Part shown: positions 22,380 through 34,062 of the stretch, in pieces
Layout: each line of letters begins with the position of its first letter
How positions within the stretch are numbered: position 1 is the first letter of the stretch
Source: Takakia lepidozioides
Lineage: Eukaryota > Plantae > Bryophyta
Length of the DNA stretch: 64,000 bases
Reading direction: 5' to 3'
Assembly: GCA_030704615.1 (NCBI GenBank)
Contig: CM060732.1
Location: forward strand, 17,360,001 to 17,424,000
Program-made: the position numbers and the translations under genes
Notes under the pieces: generated by a model
Seen by the model: only the letters and a program-made list of their open reading frames with translations
The model's database searches: none
Told to the model about the DNA's origin: nothing

Positions 22380-23490
22380 TGTCGAGCGGCTTTTACTCAC
22401 CCATCCCTTCGTTATCCGAGGTGGGAACTCCAAGATAGAAGATTTGGAAATCTCTAAGCACTCAGCCCGCTCAGAACAATCAGTCATGACCTACAGCTAG
22501 TGTATCATGGGGGTGCTTCATATTTGTATTCCTTCCCGCATTCATGCTAGCAAGTTACCTTACTGTCTATAATTAAGTATCAGATTGCTTCAGCAATCTA
22601 CCAGGTTCCATCCACTCATCTTCATTCCAGAGCTTCACTCAGGTCTCTCTACACAGTGTGAGTGTATCAAATATGTATCAAATTATTGTGTCTCTAATCT
22701 GCTCTACAGTATATCTCTACAGCTTGCATGAATCAAGCATCATCAGATCGACTCTCCTCCTTCACCGTGCTCTCCATCCTTGCGCTCAAGTTCGTGCTCC
22801 CTTCCCCCGATGACCAAGTCGTGATCCAAGAAGTGTCCCTCCCAGTTGCTACTCTGCCTATTCTACCTACAAGCTGTTCTAACCGCCTAACTAACTAACT
22901 GTCATTCAAGACATAATGCACGTTCCCTCTGCAGATGTCGTTCCCACATAGTCATTCCCTGCCAATAATAACCGTTCCTTGTGAATGCTATGACGGGTTG
23001 TGCCAAACTGTGTCGGGCTGTGACTGTGCCGAGCTGTGACTGGCTGTGTCGGACTGTGTCGGACTGTGTCGAGCTGTGACTTGTGTGAAGCTGTGTCGGG
23101 CTCTAACTGTGTCGGCTGTGATTGGCTGTGTGAGGCTGTGACTGGCTGTGTGAAGCTGTGTCGGGCTGTGACTATGTCGGCTGTGATTGGCTGTGTGAGG
23201 CTGTGTCTGGCTGTGGTTGACTGTGTCGGGCTGTGATAGACTGTGATAGGCTGTGTAAGGCTGTGACAAGCTGTATAAGGCTGTGTTAGACTGTGTCAAG
23301 CTGTGTCAAGCTATGTCTAACTGTGTAAGGTTGTGACTGACTGTGTAAGCCTGTCTACTACCCCTAAGGCCTGTGTCTGTCACCCCTAAGGCCTTTGTTG
23401 GTCTAAGTCTACCATCCGTAAGTTTGCGCAAAATTAAGGATACCCCACAGAACCCGTAAAACTGTCTAAGTCCCAGACAGCCTTCTAACA
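22380..23490 (-). repeat. 5' LTR of the minus-strand Gypsy A
   Basis: TG..CA ends, PBS immediately internal, followed by the TSD ATTGG. Confidence 0.92.
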
Positions 23491-23646
23491 ATTGGTGAGG
23501 CTTCAAAGAGGGTCACGTAGATGTAGTTAGAATACCCTTTTTGAGTCCCATTTGACTATTTTCATTGAATGAAATGAATATGAGTAATTATAGAGTAAGT
23601 ATGTACTGCAAAAATGATGTTGTCACAGCAAAAGTGAGCCACCATA

Positions 23647-24500
23647 GTCTGCTTTCATCAAGGTGTGGAAATTGTAAAGGCTATGGTCATATTGCTACAG
23701 AATGCCCTTCTCCTGCTATTGCTGCCAATGCGGAGCCTGATAAATGCGGGTATTGCGGGAAACATCATTCTATGCTGCAGTGTTGGCATCTTAAGGCTGC
23801 GATGGGAATGCAACCGGACAAATCTAATAATAAAAAGGCTGATCAACAGGCAGGTGGTTGGGGTGTCAATCAGGTTGGAGTTCAGACCTCCGGAAATTGG
23901 CAAAGATAGACCCAAAATGGGAGGCAACTTTTGGCAGAACCGACCGCCCAATAATTGGACACAATCTCCAAGTCAACTTAATAGACCACCAGTTTGGAGA
24001 GGAGCTCCATTTCAACAACCGGAGAATCCACGACAAGGAGAGCAGCAATCGTACACTCAGTATGGAGGACCTTTGAGGCGGACCGGGAATGGCCAATATC
24101 CTGTGTGTTATCGTTGTCACGAAATAGGACATTATGCGAATGAATGCCCCAACCCGAGAGCGCAGGAAGAGTACATGCATCTTTGTGGAAGGTGTGGATT
24201 GCAAGGTCATACGCCTAATAACTGTAGAGCAGCAGCTCCAGTTGTTCAGCCGAGACCGTATCCTGTGAGAAAAACCATGGGGACGCCGCCTTTACATTCA
24301 ACCCCATCGAATCCACCAACTAATGCTTGAACTAGTGTCGACGTGCGGAGGATTGAGTTGGTTGCAGAGATGGGGTGTGCCTATGATCAAAGAAAGGGGA
24401 AGGAGAAGATGGTGGAAGACTTTTATACACAAGGAGAGGAGGAGCAATATCCCATTCATACGGTGTTGACCCGCGGGCAGGCTTGACCCCATAATCGGTT
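23647..24500 (+). mobile_element. Gypsy B gag C-terminus with several CCHC zinc knuckles (frameshifted)
   Basis: CGNCKGYGHIATEC, CYRCHEIGHYANEC, CGRCGLQGHTPNNC. Confidence 0.85.
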
Positions 24501-24754
24501 GACGGAAGAGCACGGGGAAGGGAGTGCACCTAAACTGAATGAAGTGGGTTGTTGGCTCCTGTTAGTACCATCACGGCACCCACTTATACACATGAAGCCC
24601 TCTACCCCCTCCCACCAATCAGTGTTTACTTCGTCCTTCTCTCTTTTTCTAAGCCCCCGTCCTTCACCCACTGATGTGACACCCCCTCTCACTGTCGTCT
24701 TGCTTGATCCCAGGAGCTCCCCTACTTATAAACAACTCCTAATTACCAAGAACG

Positions 24755-25687
24755 CTGGAATTGTACCAACTTTCATTCTTAACAATACCCTGGTGGACTT
24801 GTATGCAAAATGTGGGTGCATTGAGGATGCAAAGGGAATGTTTGACACTATGGCTGAACGAGATACGGTGTCGTGGAATGCGAGGCTTGAAGATTTTGCT
24901 GCAGCTGTACTAAATGTCATTCTACACACTACCCTGACAGATTTGGACAAGGGCAATGAGGCCCATGGCGACATCTATAGAGCTGGAATTGTACCAATTG
25001 TCATTCTGAACTATACCCTGGTGGACTTGTATGCAAAATGTGGGTGCATTGAAGATGCAAAGGGAATGTTTGACACTATGGCTGAACGAGATACGGTGTC
25101 ATGGAATGCGAGGCTTGAAGATTTTGCTGCAGCTATACCAAATGTCATTCTACACACTACCCGGGCAGATTTGGACAAGGGCAATGAGGCCCATGGCGAC
25201 ATCTACAGAGCTGGAATTGTACCAACTGTCACTCTGAACAATACCCTGGCGGACATGTATGCAAAATGTGGGTGCATCGAGGATGCAAAGGGAGTGTTTG
25301 CCACTATGGCTGAACGAGATATGGTGTACGGTGTCATGGAATGCGATGCTTGCAGGTTCTGTTGTAGCTGTACCTAATGTCATTTTGCACACTGCCCTGA
25401 CACATCTGGAAAAGGGCAAAGAGGCCCAAGGCGACATCTCCAGAGCTGGAACCGTACCAATTATCATCCTGAACAATATCCTGGTGGACATGTATGCAAA
25501 ATGTTTTGATGTAGCTGTACCAAATGCCATTCTGCACACTGCCCCGACAGATTTGGATAAGGGCAACGAGGTCCATGGCGACATCTTCAGAGCTGGAATT
25601 GTACCAGTTGTCACTCTGAACAATACCCTGGTGGACATGTATGCAAAATGTGGGCGCATCAAGGATGCAAAGGAAGTGAAAGCATGA
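24755..25687 (+). pseudogene. PLS-class PPR pseudogene fragment amplified as 228-bp tandem units
   Basis: NNTLVDLYAKCGCIEDAKGMFDTMAERDTVSWNA is repeated, with unit starts at 24755, 24983 and 25211. Motifs are truncated and frameshifted. Confidence 0.9.
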
Positions 25688-26499
25688 CAGCTTGGGGGGG
25701 AATCCGGCCAAACAACTTCCCGCTGCATAACCAGAGGTTCCGGCCCACACGGTCTACCCAGAGCACTGTGTAAAAGGTATGTAGTATGTTGTTTTCATTT
25801 AATTCTCATCTTCTGCATGTTGTTCTTCTGCTTGTGATTCTTCATTTGTGCTTTTAGGGTTGTGTGATACAACTACATTCCGCCCTACTCTCCTGACTTT
25901 GGCTGCGGTTTGGATGGGGGCCCGAATGTTGGGGATGATAGAGTGAAGAAGAACTGGAAGACACCCCAGTGGTGGTTACCTCCACAGCTCCAACTCGTCG
26001 CAATGAAAGTTTCCTCCCACCACGGTAGTCACCCTCCTCTGAGATTCAGTTTTTGGGTCTCCAAAGGAGGGCCAAGGGGCACACACGAACTCTTCTTGTT
26101 CCGTTTGTTATTCTTACACTACGTCCAGATTCGAGAGGTGGTGCGCAGGCTGCAACAGTCGCCATGGGAGGTTCAAGGCAAACTCATCCCTATTTGACAA
26201 GTGGAGAAGGTCTCTTAGTAACCAAGAGGTTTGTTGAGTATTTTCCTCCATGGACAAGTCTGCCACTTAGTCTTCTCCATCTCTATCTCTCTATCTCCAA
26301 TGCCTTTTCCTCTGCAGTCTCTTTGTGAAGTGGCCATAGTTACTCACAGCTGATTTTGCAAGAGTCTAGCTAGTCACCAACACAAGTGTGACAGCAAGGG
26401 ATGAGAATATGGCTATTTGTGTGAGAGAGATGGAATAGAGGAAGGTGAGAGATTTGTAAGTTTCTTTTGACGATGATACAAGGGTTCAACTCAAACAGA

Positions 26500-27205
26500 T
26501 AGAAGTTCGTTGGGTGGATCTATGGTGGTTAGGAGTGACTTTGACAAGTTACTGCTGATGTGGCAGCAAGAAAGTATCCAAAAACAGATACCGTAGATGA
26601 GGAGAAGCTCGTTGGTGAATCTATGGTGGTTTTGGAGTGATTTTGACATGTTATTGTAGGCAGGGTTAGGGCGTCAGTGTCAGCTGCTAGCTGCAGCAAG
26701 GTTGAGGATGTATTCACGATTTGTACACAGGCATGGATAGCTGAAGGAGTGTAGGGATAGATTGTGGGTCCAGATTCGTCCAAGAGCCCGAATTTCAAGC
26801 TCCAGATTACCTATGATTCCTTGTGGAGGATAGCTACAAGAAATAGATGGTCAACTAGAAGCCGCCGCCGCAGCGGCACAATGGATAAAATCAGGCACTG
26901 CTAATGAAGGCACCTTCTTCAACACATTTCACCCTGTTTTTCCTTCTTATCAGAATTGGCCCTAAATTTCCATGTTGAATTCTGCAAGTTAATGTTTGCA
27001 ATGCGTGTGCAAGGCTGGGAGCTCTAGAAAAGAGGAAAAAGATCCATGGTGACATTGTCAAAGCTGGATTTGTACCAAATGTCATTCTGAACCCTGCCCT
27101 GGTGGACATGTATGCCAAATATGGGTGCATTGAGGATGCCAATGGGTGTTCAACACTATGGCTGAATGAGAAGTGGTGTCGTGGAACGCGATGCTTGCAG
27201 GGTGT
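26500..27205 (+). pseudogene. OSB PDF-motif exon followed by a PLS-PPR exon (degenerate)
   Basis: PDF-like exon at ~26770-26870, then NACARLGALEKRKKIHGDIVKAGFVPNVILNPALVDMYAKYG at ~26990-27130. Confidence 0.7.
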
Positions 27206-27465
27206 GTTTCTCTCCAAATCTTTGTACTATTATATCTCTAATTTCTGCCTTACGACGACATATAATTTTAAACTCACACTCCGAAGGAAAATCACGGAAA
27301 TGGGGTTGATTTAAGTCCATAAAATTTTTATACTATCGTTATGACACACCATCACTACTATCTATTCAACACTTAAAAATATTAACAACAAAAATCTCTA
27401 AAAAAAAAACATCTTAATCGAATCCTCCTAAAGAAGGTATTCACTCCCAACTTTAAGAGAGACTA

Positions 27466-27838
27466 GGCTCTAATACCATTGTAACACCCAAGATCTACAC
27501 AAACTAGAATATAAGTACTTCTCAATTTTTTCCCAAAACAACTCGATGCCTTTTAGGCTTTCATTGCATGTTTATACACCCTTCACAATATGATTATTTT
27601 AAAGTTTGACTTGAGAGCCTCAAGTCAAAACTTCCTAGGTTTGACATATTCTCCACAATATGACTTTATCAAACATCTGACCTACTCTCCATAATATAAA
27701 TATCTTATCGGTTTGACTTGAGAGCCTCAAGTCAAACTTCCTTAAGTCAAACTTCCTAGGAACCTTTCTAGTTATTTTGAAAACTTCTAGGGAACTTTCC
27801 TCCTCCATCTAGAACCTTCTACATTCTACCCTGTTACA
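27466..27838 (-). mobile_element. 5' LTR (27480-27838) and tRNA-iMet-type PBS of a small, unrelated LTR retrotransposon, truncated
   Basis: TGTAACA...TGTTACA ends; TGGTATTAGAGCC on the minus strand directly inside the LTR; internal repeats TTTGACTTGAGAGCCTCAAGTCAAA. Confidence 0.8.
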
Positions 27839-27856
27839 GTTTACAAGGTTCTTCGG

Positions 27857-29400
27857 AGAGTCAGCTTAATCTTAGCAGGTCGTGTTTCAATCTCTGCTCG
27901 CTCAGCTGCAATGTGGTGGTTCTCATGGACCAATCCGACATTACCGGACTACAGACACATGCAGCACACACAATCATGGTCAGTCAAATCCTCCATGGGT
28001 AATGACACAGGGTCGAGGACAATGTGGTAAGGGCACCTTCTTCTTCGACATATTTCAGCCTGTTTTGCCCTCTCATCAGACTCGGCCCTGAATTTGCAGC
28101 ACGGAGCAGAGCTGGCATGAGTTTTTTAAAGATCCTTCATAATGGTGCGACAACCGCAATCGCAAGGTATGGCTTTTTCTTAATGTACGATGTAAAGAAG
28201 TTTGTCCATAGTGCAAATGTGGGCTATTGGCTCCTATTAATACCAAGATTTGGTATTCTTCCTGATGTTTACTAGGTACTAGATGGTACTAGAGGAAGTT
28301 ACCACAAGACCCGAGCTTGAATTTACCCTTTAGGAGAGATGCAATTCGGTGTTCAGACCCTTGGTTGCTCCTCCTCAGGGGAATTGATTCAGAGGCAAAT
28401 TCATGTGACGTATCCACAAGAATCCGTGCAGTTTTCAGCCACTGGTATAGCATCTTGTATTATTGCATCTCAGCAACATCAAAGGTTACGACAAAAGTGT
28501 AGTTTATGTCGACGTATTGGGAGTATTGGCCAAGATGGTTTAGTAAGGGACCAAAGGCTTCACTGTGGACTTCTTTTATAGTCCGTGTTGTTTTCTGAAC
28601 GTGGTTGTAGAAAAGACTCTTTGTGTAGTTTACATCCATGCTCTGGGAACTGTGCGGGGGAAGAACACACATGTGCGCAAACTAGATGCAATTGGGTGGA
28701 TCTGTGGTGGTTAGGAGTGACTTTGACAAGTTACTGCCGATGGGGCAGCAAAAAAGTATCCAAAAACAGATTACATAGATGAGGAGAAGCTCGTTGGTGG
28801 ATCTATGGTGGTTTTGGAGTGATTTTGACATGTTACTGTAGGTAGGGTTAGGGCGTCTGCTTCAGCTGCTAGCTGCAGCAAGGCTGAGGATGTATTCACG
28901 ATTTGTACATAGACATGGATAGCTGAAGGAGTGCAGGGATAGATTGTGGGTCCAGATTCATCCAAGAGGCCTGGATTTCAAGCTCCAGATTACCTATGAT
29001 TCCCTATGGAGGATAGCTACAAGAAACATATGGTCAACTAGAAGCCGCCACAGCAGCGGCACAATGGATAAAATCAGGCACTGCTAACGAAGGCACCTTC
29101 TTCAACACATTTCACCCTGTTTTTCCTTCTTATCAAAATTGGCCCTAAATTTCAACGTTGAATTCTGCAAGTTAGCTGGTTGGGTGAATCTTGTTTGGAG
29201 TGACTTTGACATGATACTGCCAATGTGACAACAAGAAAGTATCCAAAAATAGGTAACAGATATGAAGAGAAGCTGTGGGATGAATACTATTCTGACCCCA
29301 GTAAATGGTGGGACAACCGAGGCAAAAATGTGAATGCATGTCAGATTACAGAGAGTAGCAGATGCAATTGACCATAAGAACTAGTGTGATTAGTTGAGTT
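27857..29400 (+). pseudogene. Further duplicated OSB/PDF-PPR gene fragments
   Basis: 28690-29170 is a near-copy of 26510-26990. A KWWDNRGK exon lies at ~29300-29330. Confidence 0.75.
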
Positions 29401-29404
29401 GGGT

Positions 29405-29515
29405 GCAATTGCACTCTCCCTTTCCTCTATGCTTCTAGTTGCTATTCAAAGGTAGGATTCCTGTCCTGAGTTTAAATTTCAGTCTGGTGCCAAGAGTGGG
29501 TAGACCCTTGAGGTA
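29405..29515 (-). mobile_element. Short fragment of the LINE family present at 56166-60965
   Basis: LKGLPTLGTRLKFKLR; matches ~56540-56647. Confidence 0.85.
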
Positions 29516-29676
29516 ACCAATCATGCATTCGTCTTGTGAAGAATCATGTGTTTCATCGCATGACCAAGCATATTGACGTTGCTTTTCATCCTTTGCCCCA
29601 CCAATAACAGCTCCAACAAATATAAGGGCTCTTGACTCCGGCTTTCCTATGTCCAACTCAATAATGACATCTTTCA

Positions 29677-32430
29677 TTGATGGTGAAAGAAGAATTGGAT
29701 AAATTGTCGAAGGTGGGGTTTATTTATCCGGTTCCCCATAGTGAGTGGGTATCTCCAATTGTCATGATGCCCAAGAAGAATAGACAAATTATGATTTGCC
29801 AAGACTTTCGGAAGCTGAATGCGGTTACCAGAAAGGACTATTTTCCTCTTCCTTTTACTAATAGTATTTTGGATGCAGTTGCTGGACATGAGTGCTATTC
29901 TTTCTTAGATGGGTTCTCTGGTATAACCAAATATCCATTGTAGAAGAAGATCGACCCAACACTACATTTACTACTGATTGGGGAACTTTTGCTTATAAGG
30001 TAATGCCTTTTGGGCTATGCAATGCACCGGCTACCTTTCAAAGAGTGATGAGCGCTGCTTTTCAAGATTATTTGAGGGTGTTTATGAAAATTTTCTTGGA
30101 CGACTTTTGTGTTTATAGTAGCCGAAGCATGCAGAGATGTTACAATTGTGTTTTGAAAAATGTAAGGAATATGACATATCTCTTAATGCTGGTAAATGCA
30201 AATTTTTGGTTACTAAGGGCAGACTATTGGGCCATATTGTGTCGATCAATGGAATTTCCACGGATCCGGAGAATGTGGAGATTACCGTGCAATTGCTTAC
30301 CCCTACTTCTGTTACTCAAGTTAGAGCTTTCTTGGGTCACACGGGACATTATTGTCGTTTTATTTATAGGTATGCTGTCATAGCTTCCCCATTGACAAAA
30401 CTATTACGGAAGATGAAGAGCCTGTATGGACGGATGATTGTACCCAAGCTTTCCATGATCTTAAACTTCGTTTAACCAAAGCTCCGATATTGGTACCGCC
30501 TGATTGGAAGAAAGAGTTTCAAGTTTATGTTGATGCATCCAACTATGCTATTGGAAGCATTTTGAGTCAGAAGGATGAGAAGTCTTTTGACCACCCCATT
30601 TATTTTGCTAGCAGGCAGATGGTTGCTGCTGAGACTAATTATACCACCACGGAACGAGAAGCTTTAGGAATGATTTATTTCGTTCAAAAGTTTCGACATT
30701 ATTTATTGGGTTACCCCTTTGTCTGCCATGTTGATCATGATGCCTTAAGTTTTTGGTAAATGAACCTCAATTGAGTGGGAGGATTGCTCGATGGATTATA
30801 TTGTTACAAGAATTTACATATACAGTGGTTGTTCGTCTGGGTCGACAACACCTTAATGCTGATCATTTAAGTCGATTGTCGCAAGAGCTTGGAGTAGAGC
30901 CTATTGATGATGCTTTGCCAGATGCCGATCTTTTGGTGGTGGATGTTATTAACGGTGAATATGCTGATATTTTTTATTATCTATCGATTCAAGCGTACCC
31001 AGAGGGTTCATCCCTAAAAGAACAAAGACAACTGGTCGAGAAGGCGTTGCCATACACAATCTTGTGTGGTACTTTGTATAAGTTGGGGAAAGATCAAGTG
31101 TTGCGGCGCTGTGTGACGGCGGCAGAGGTCCCAGAAGTATTGGAAGGTTGTCATACTGATGCGTGTGGAGGCCATTTTGCACGAGATTCTACTGGAAGGA
31201 AGGTTTTATTGGCAGGATATTGGTGGCCCACATTGTTTAATGATGCATTTGAGTGGGTGCGCAGATGTGATGCGTGTCAGCGAGTTGGAAAACCCATACG
31301 TTCCAGTTCAATGCCATTGGTTCCTATTTTAGCACAAGCTCTTTTTGAGAAATGGTGTATTGATTTTGTAGGCCCCATTGCTCCAGCTTCTCGTAATGGA
31401 CACAAACGGCTCAAGCCACTCGAACTGATACTGCTAAAGTTGTAGCCCAATTTTTGTATGAAAATAAATTATCCAGTTTTGGCTGTCCATTGGAATTGAT
31501 TAGCGATCGTGATACCCATTTCCTAAATGCTACAATAGCTCAATTGACATAACGATATATGATTAAACATCGAAAGACTACTCCTTATCATCCTCGAGCC
31601 AATGGACAGATAGAACGAACCAATGGGCTATTATGCGGCATTTTAACTCGCACAGTCATGGGTGTTGGTTCTGATTGGGACACTGAATTTTTTGGTGCAC
31701 TTTGGGCATATCGCACAGCTTTTAAAACGACTACAGGATATACCCCATTTCATCTGGTCTACGGATTGGAAGCTATCATACCGATAGAATTGGAACTCCC
31801 AACCTTACGCATTGTGATAGCTGAACGTCTTTATGATGACGAGTCTTCACAAGCCCGTTTACGCTTAGAACAATTGGATGAAATTCGTAGGCATGCGTTA
31901 CAAAACAAGCCTCTGATCACAGACCACCCCCCCCCCCCCAAGTATCCACTGTGGATTAGCTCCAAAATGCGGAGGAAAACGAGAGGTTCATGGAAACATT
32001 TGGCAGCCGTCGCCGGAATGTGTGCCCTGCCAAATCCCATGGCATGAAGCGAAGGTCGATCCTTTGGAACCTGCCATATTGGAAGGTGGGTATGTCTTCA
32101 TTGTTTGTTTGTTGGCAGGGCTGATTTCATAGTTGCATGGATACAGTTGTAAGGATCATCACACACGACTTAGATTTCAGCCTAATGCAAATTGCATGAA
32201 GCAAGTTTGGAGTCGCCTATGTTGAAGCCTAAAATTTTTAAAGTTGGTGACTTAGTACTGCTTTATGATAGTCGATTTCAGAAATTTCCTGGGAAATTAA
32301 AAACGCGTTGGTGAGGTCCTTATCGAGTCATAGAAGTAATTTCTAATGGATCAGTTCAATTGGTTACTTGGGATGGGGCTCCAATACCTACACGGATAAA
32401 TGAAGATCGTATTAAGTTATATTATCATTA
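29677..32430 (+). mobile_element. Gypsy B pol (RT-RH-INT), heavily frameshifted
   Basis: WVSPIV, MPFGLCNAP, FLDDF, VYVDAS, GYWWP, IDFVGP, TPYHPRANG and a GPY/F region at ~32240-32430. Confidence 0.93.
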
Positions 32431-33045
32431 ACCCCGAGACGGGTCCAATATTAGGAAAGGGGGGTGATTATTGGGTGTATTTATTTATTTTTGATAGGGA
32501 GTGATTTAAGTTAGGAGCGGGGCAGTTATAACTTACCACTTCATTGTCTTCCTTCAGCTGAGCGATAGCATACTAAACTGTGAATGATAGAGAGTCTAAC
32601 TGGGCATAGAAGAAAATATATATTGGAAACTTAAGCAACAGAAAGAGTGAAGAAGAATATAGTGGAGCACGATGACAGGAAGATTTTTTTTGGTTAAAAT
32701 GGGAGTTGTGCTACCAGCGGAGTTGGAAAGAAGTGATGCGACCCTATTGTTGCCCCAACAGAGAAAAAGAAGAAGTTTGGTATAATGCCAGCAGGAGTGT
32801 TCAAATCTTTGAAATGGTCGAAGGTCGGCCACCAACGTCGCTGAAATTGTTAATAGAGTATATGGAGAATTACAACTTGTCTACATTGAGAGTATAGTGC
32901 CAGGGAAGAATAAATTCCTGAATGAACCAGTTTGGAGCGAGACATTGAGATGGCCTAGACGTCTTGAATTAGAGATGGGAAGTGTACGATGGTGAATCCA
33001 GGGTAGTACTTTGTAAGAGTAGGAATCAAGAACGAAGGAGCATGG

Positions 33046-34062
33046 TGTTAGAGGACTGTCTGGGACTAAGACACTTATACGGGATCTATAGGGTACCCTT
33101 ATTTTTGCACAGACTGAGACCAACAGGAGCCTTAGGGGTGACAGCAGCGCACTGTAGAGGGGGGTTACACAGCCGTCACAGTCGACACAGCAGTCACAGC
33201 CGACACAGCCAACACAGCCCGTCACAGTCGACACAGTCGACACAGCAGTCACAGCCGACACAGCCAACACAGCCCGTCACAATCGTCACAGCAGACACAT
33301 CCACACAGCCAGTCACAGCCCGACACAGCCAAACACAGTCGCACAGCCAGTCACAGCCCGACACAGCCAAACACAGCCGCACAGCCAGTCACAGCCCGTC
33401 ACAGCTTGACACAGCTGTCACGACCATAGGGAACGGAGAGCAGGACAGGGAACGACTGGGAACAACACCTGCAAATGGAACATGTTAGTTCACGGACGAC
33501 GGTTAGTGAGGGAAACGGTTAACCCCACGGGTAGGAGATAAAGCGAGAAGCAAGGACTGAGAATGGCCTTTTTGGGGGGATGATTTTGGAAGCACTTCAC
33601 GGAGAGGACTTCTTGGTCATGAGGAGAGGGGATCGGCAGAGATGAAGAACGGAAGCGAAGATGGAGAGATGAGGAGTAGATACTTGTTATATGCAAAGCT
33701 GTAGTGATATTGTAGAGCAGATTAGAGACACAATGGCTTCGGCCTGATACCTGATAAATCATAATCGGATACTTATACGATACAATCACACTGTTAGAGA
33801 TCTGAGTGAAGCTGTGGAATGAATGGATGAGTTTATGAAATCCAATAGATTGATAAAGCAAACTGATATTTAACTATCAATGGTAAGATAGCTAACATGA
33901 ATGCCAAAAAGGAAACAAATAGGAAACACCCCCATGATACACTAGCTGTAGGTCATGACTGATTGTTCTGCGCGGGCTGAGTACTTAGAGATTTCCAACT
34001 CTTCTATCTTGGAGTTTCCGCCTCGGATAGCGAAGGGATGGGTGAGTAAAAGCCGAGCGACA
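33046..34062 (+). repeat. 5' LTR
   Basis: TGTTAG...CGACA; direct repeat of 48112-49161. Confidence 0.96.

Larger units (their letters stand above)
5997..23490 (-). mobile_element. Ty3/Gypsy LTR retrotransposon (family A, second subfamily); both LTRs present, own gag-pol missing and replaced by nested DNA
   Basis: LTRs at 5997-7005 and 22380-23490 (TG..CA). TSD ATTGG at 5992-5996 and 23491-23495. PBS TGGCGACCATATTGGG on the minus strand at ~22362-22377; PPT next to 7006. Confidence 0.92.
5428..23644. mobile_element. ~0.7 kb AT-rich MITE (Tc1/mariner-type, TA target) split by a 17.5 kb Gypsy insertion; own sequence is 5428-5996 plus 23496-23644
   Basis: TA|CGGTGGCTCAGT ... AGTGAGCCACCA|TA is a 10/12 inverted repeat with TA at 5426-5427 and 23645-23646. 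Removing it rejoins the gag of element B. Confidence 0.65.

Noticed and set aside
22988-23299. Ser/His/Thr-rich or Cys/Val-rich ORFs in LTRs (also 6542, 32881-33488, 48152-48516)
   Set aside because: Translations of the CACAGCC minisatellite.
25855-25900. YIPPYSPD, a Tc1/IS630 DDE-like motif
   Set aside because: Only about 10 codons with no other transposase motif or TIR visible; too short to call.
28090-28690. Coding-like minus-strand segment between the OSB/PPR duplicates
   Set aside because: Interrupted by stops and no family recognised.
33046-34062. Dating the element from LTR differences
   Set aside because: Many differences are 1-2 nt indels in homopolymers, suggesting possible assembly error, and exact divergence cannot be computed by eye. 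The same caveat applies to several frameshifts in the window.
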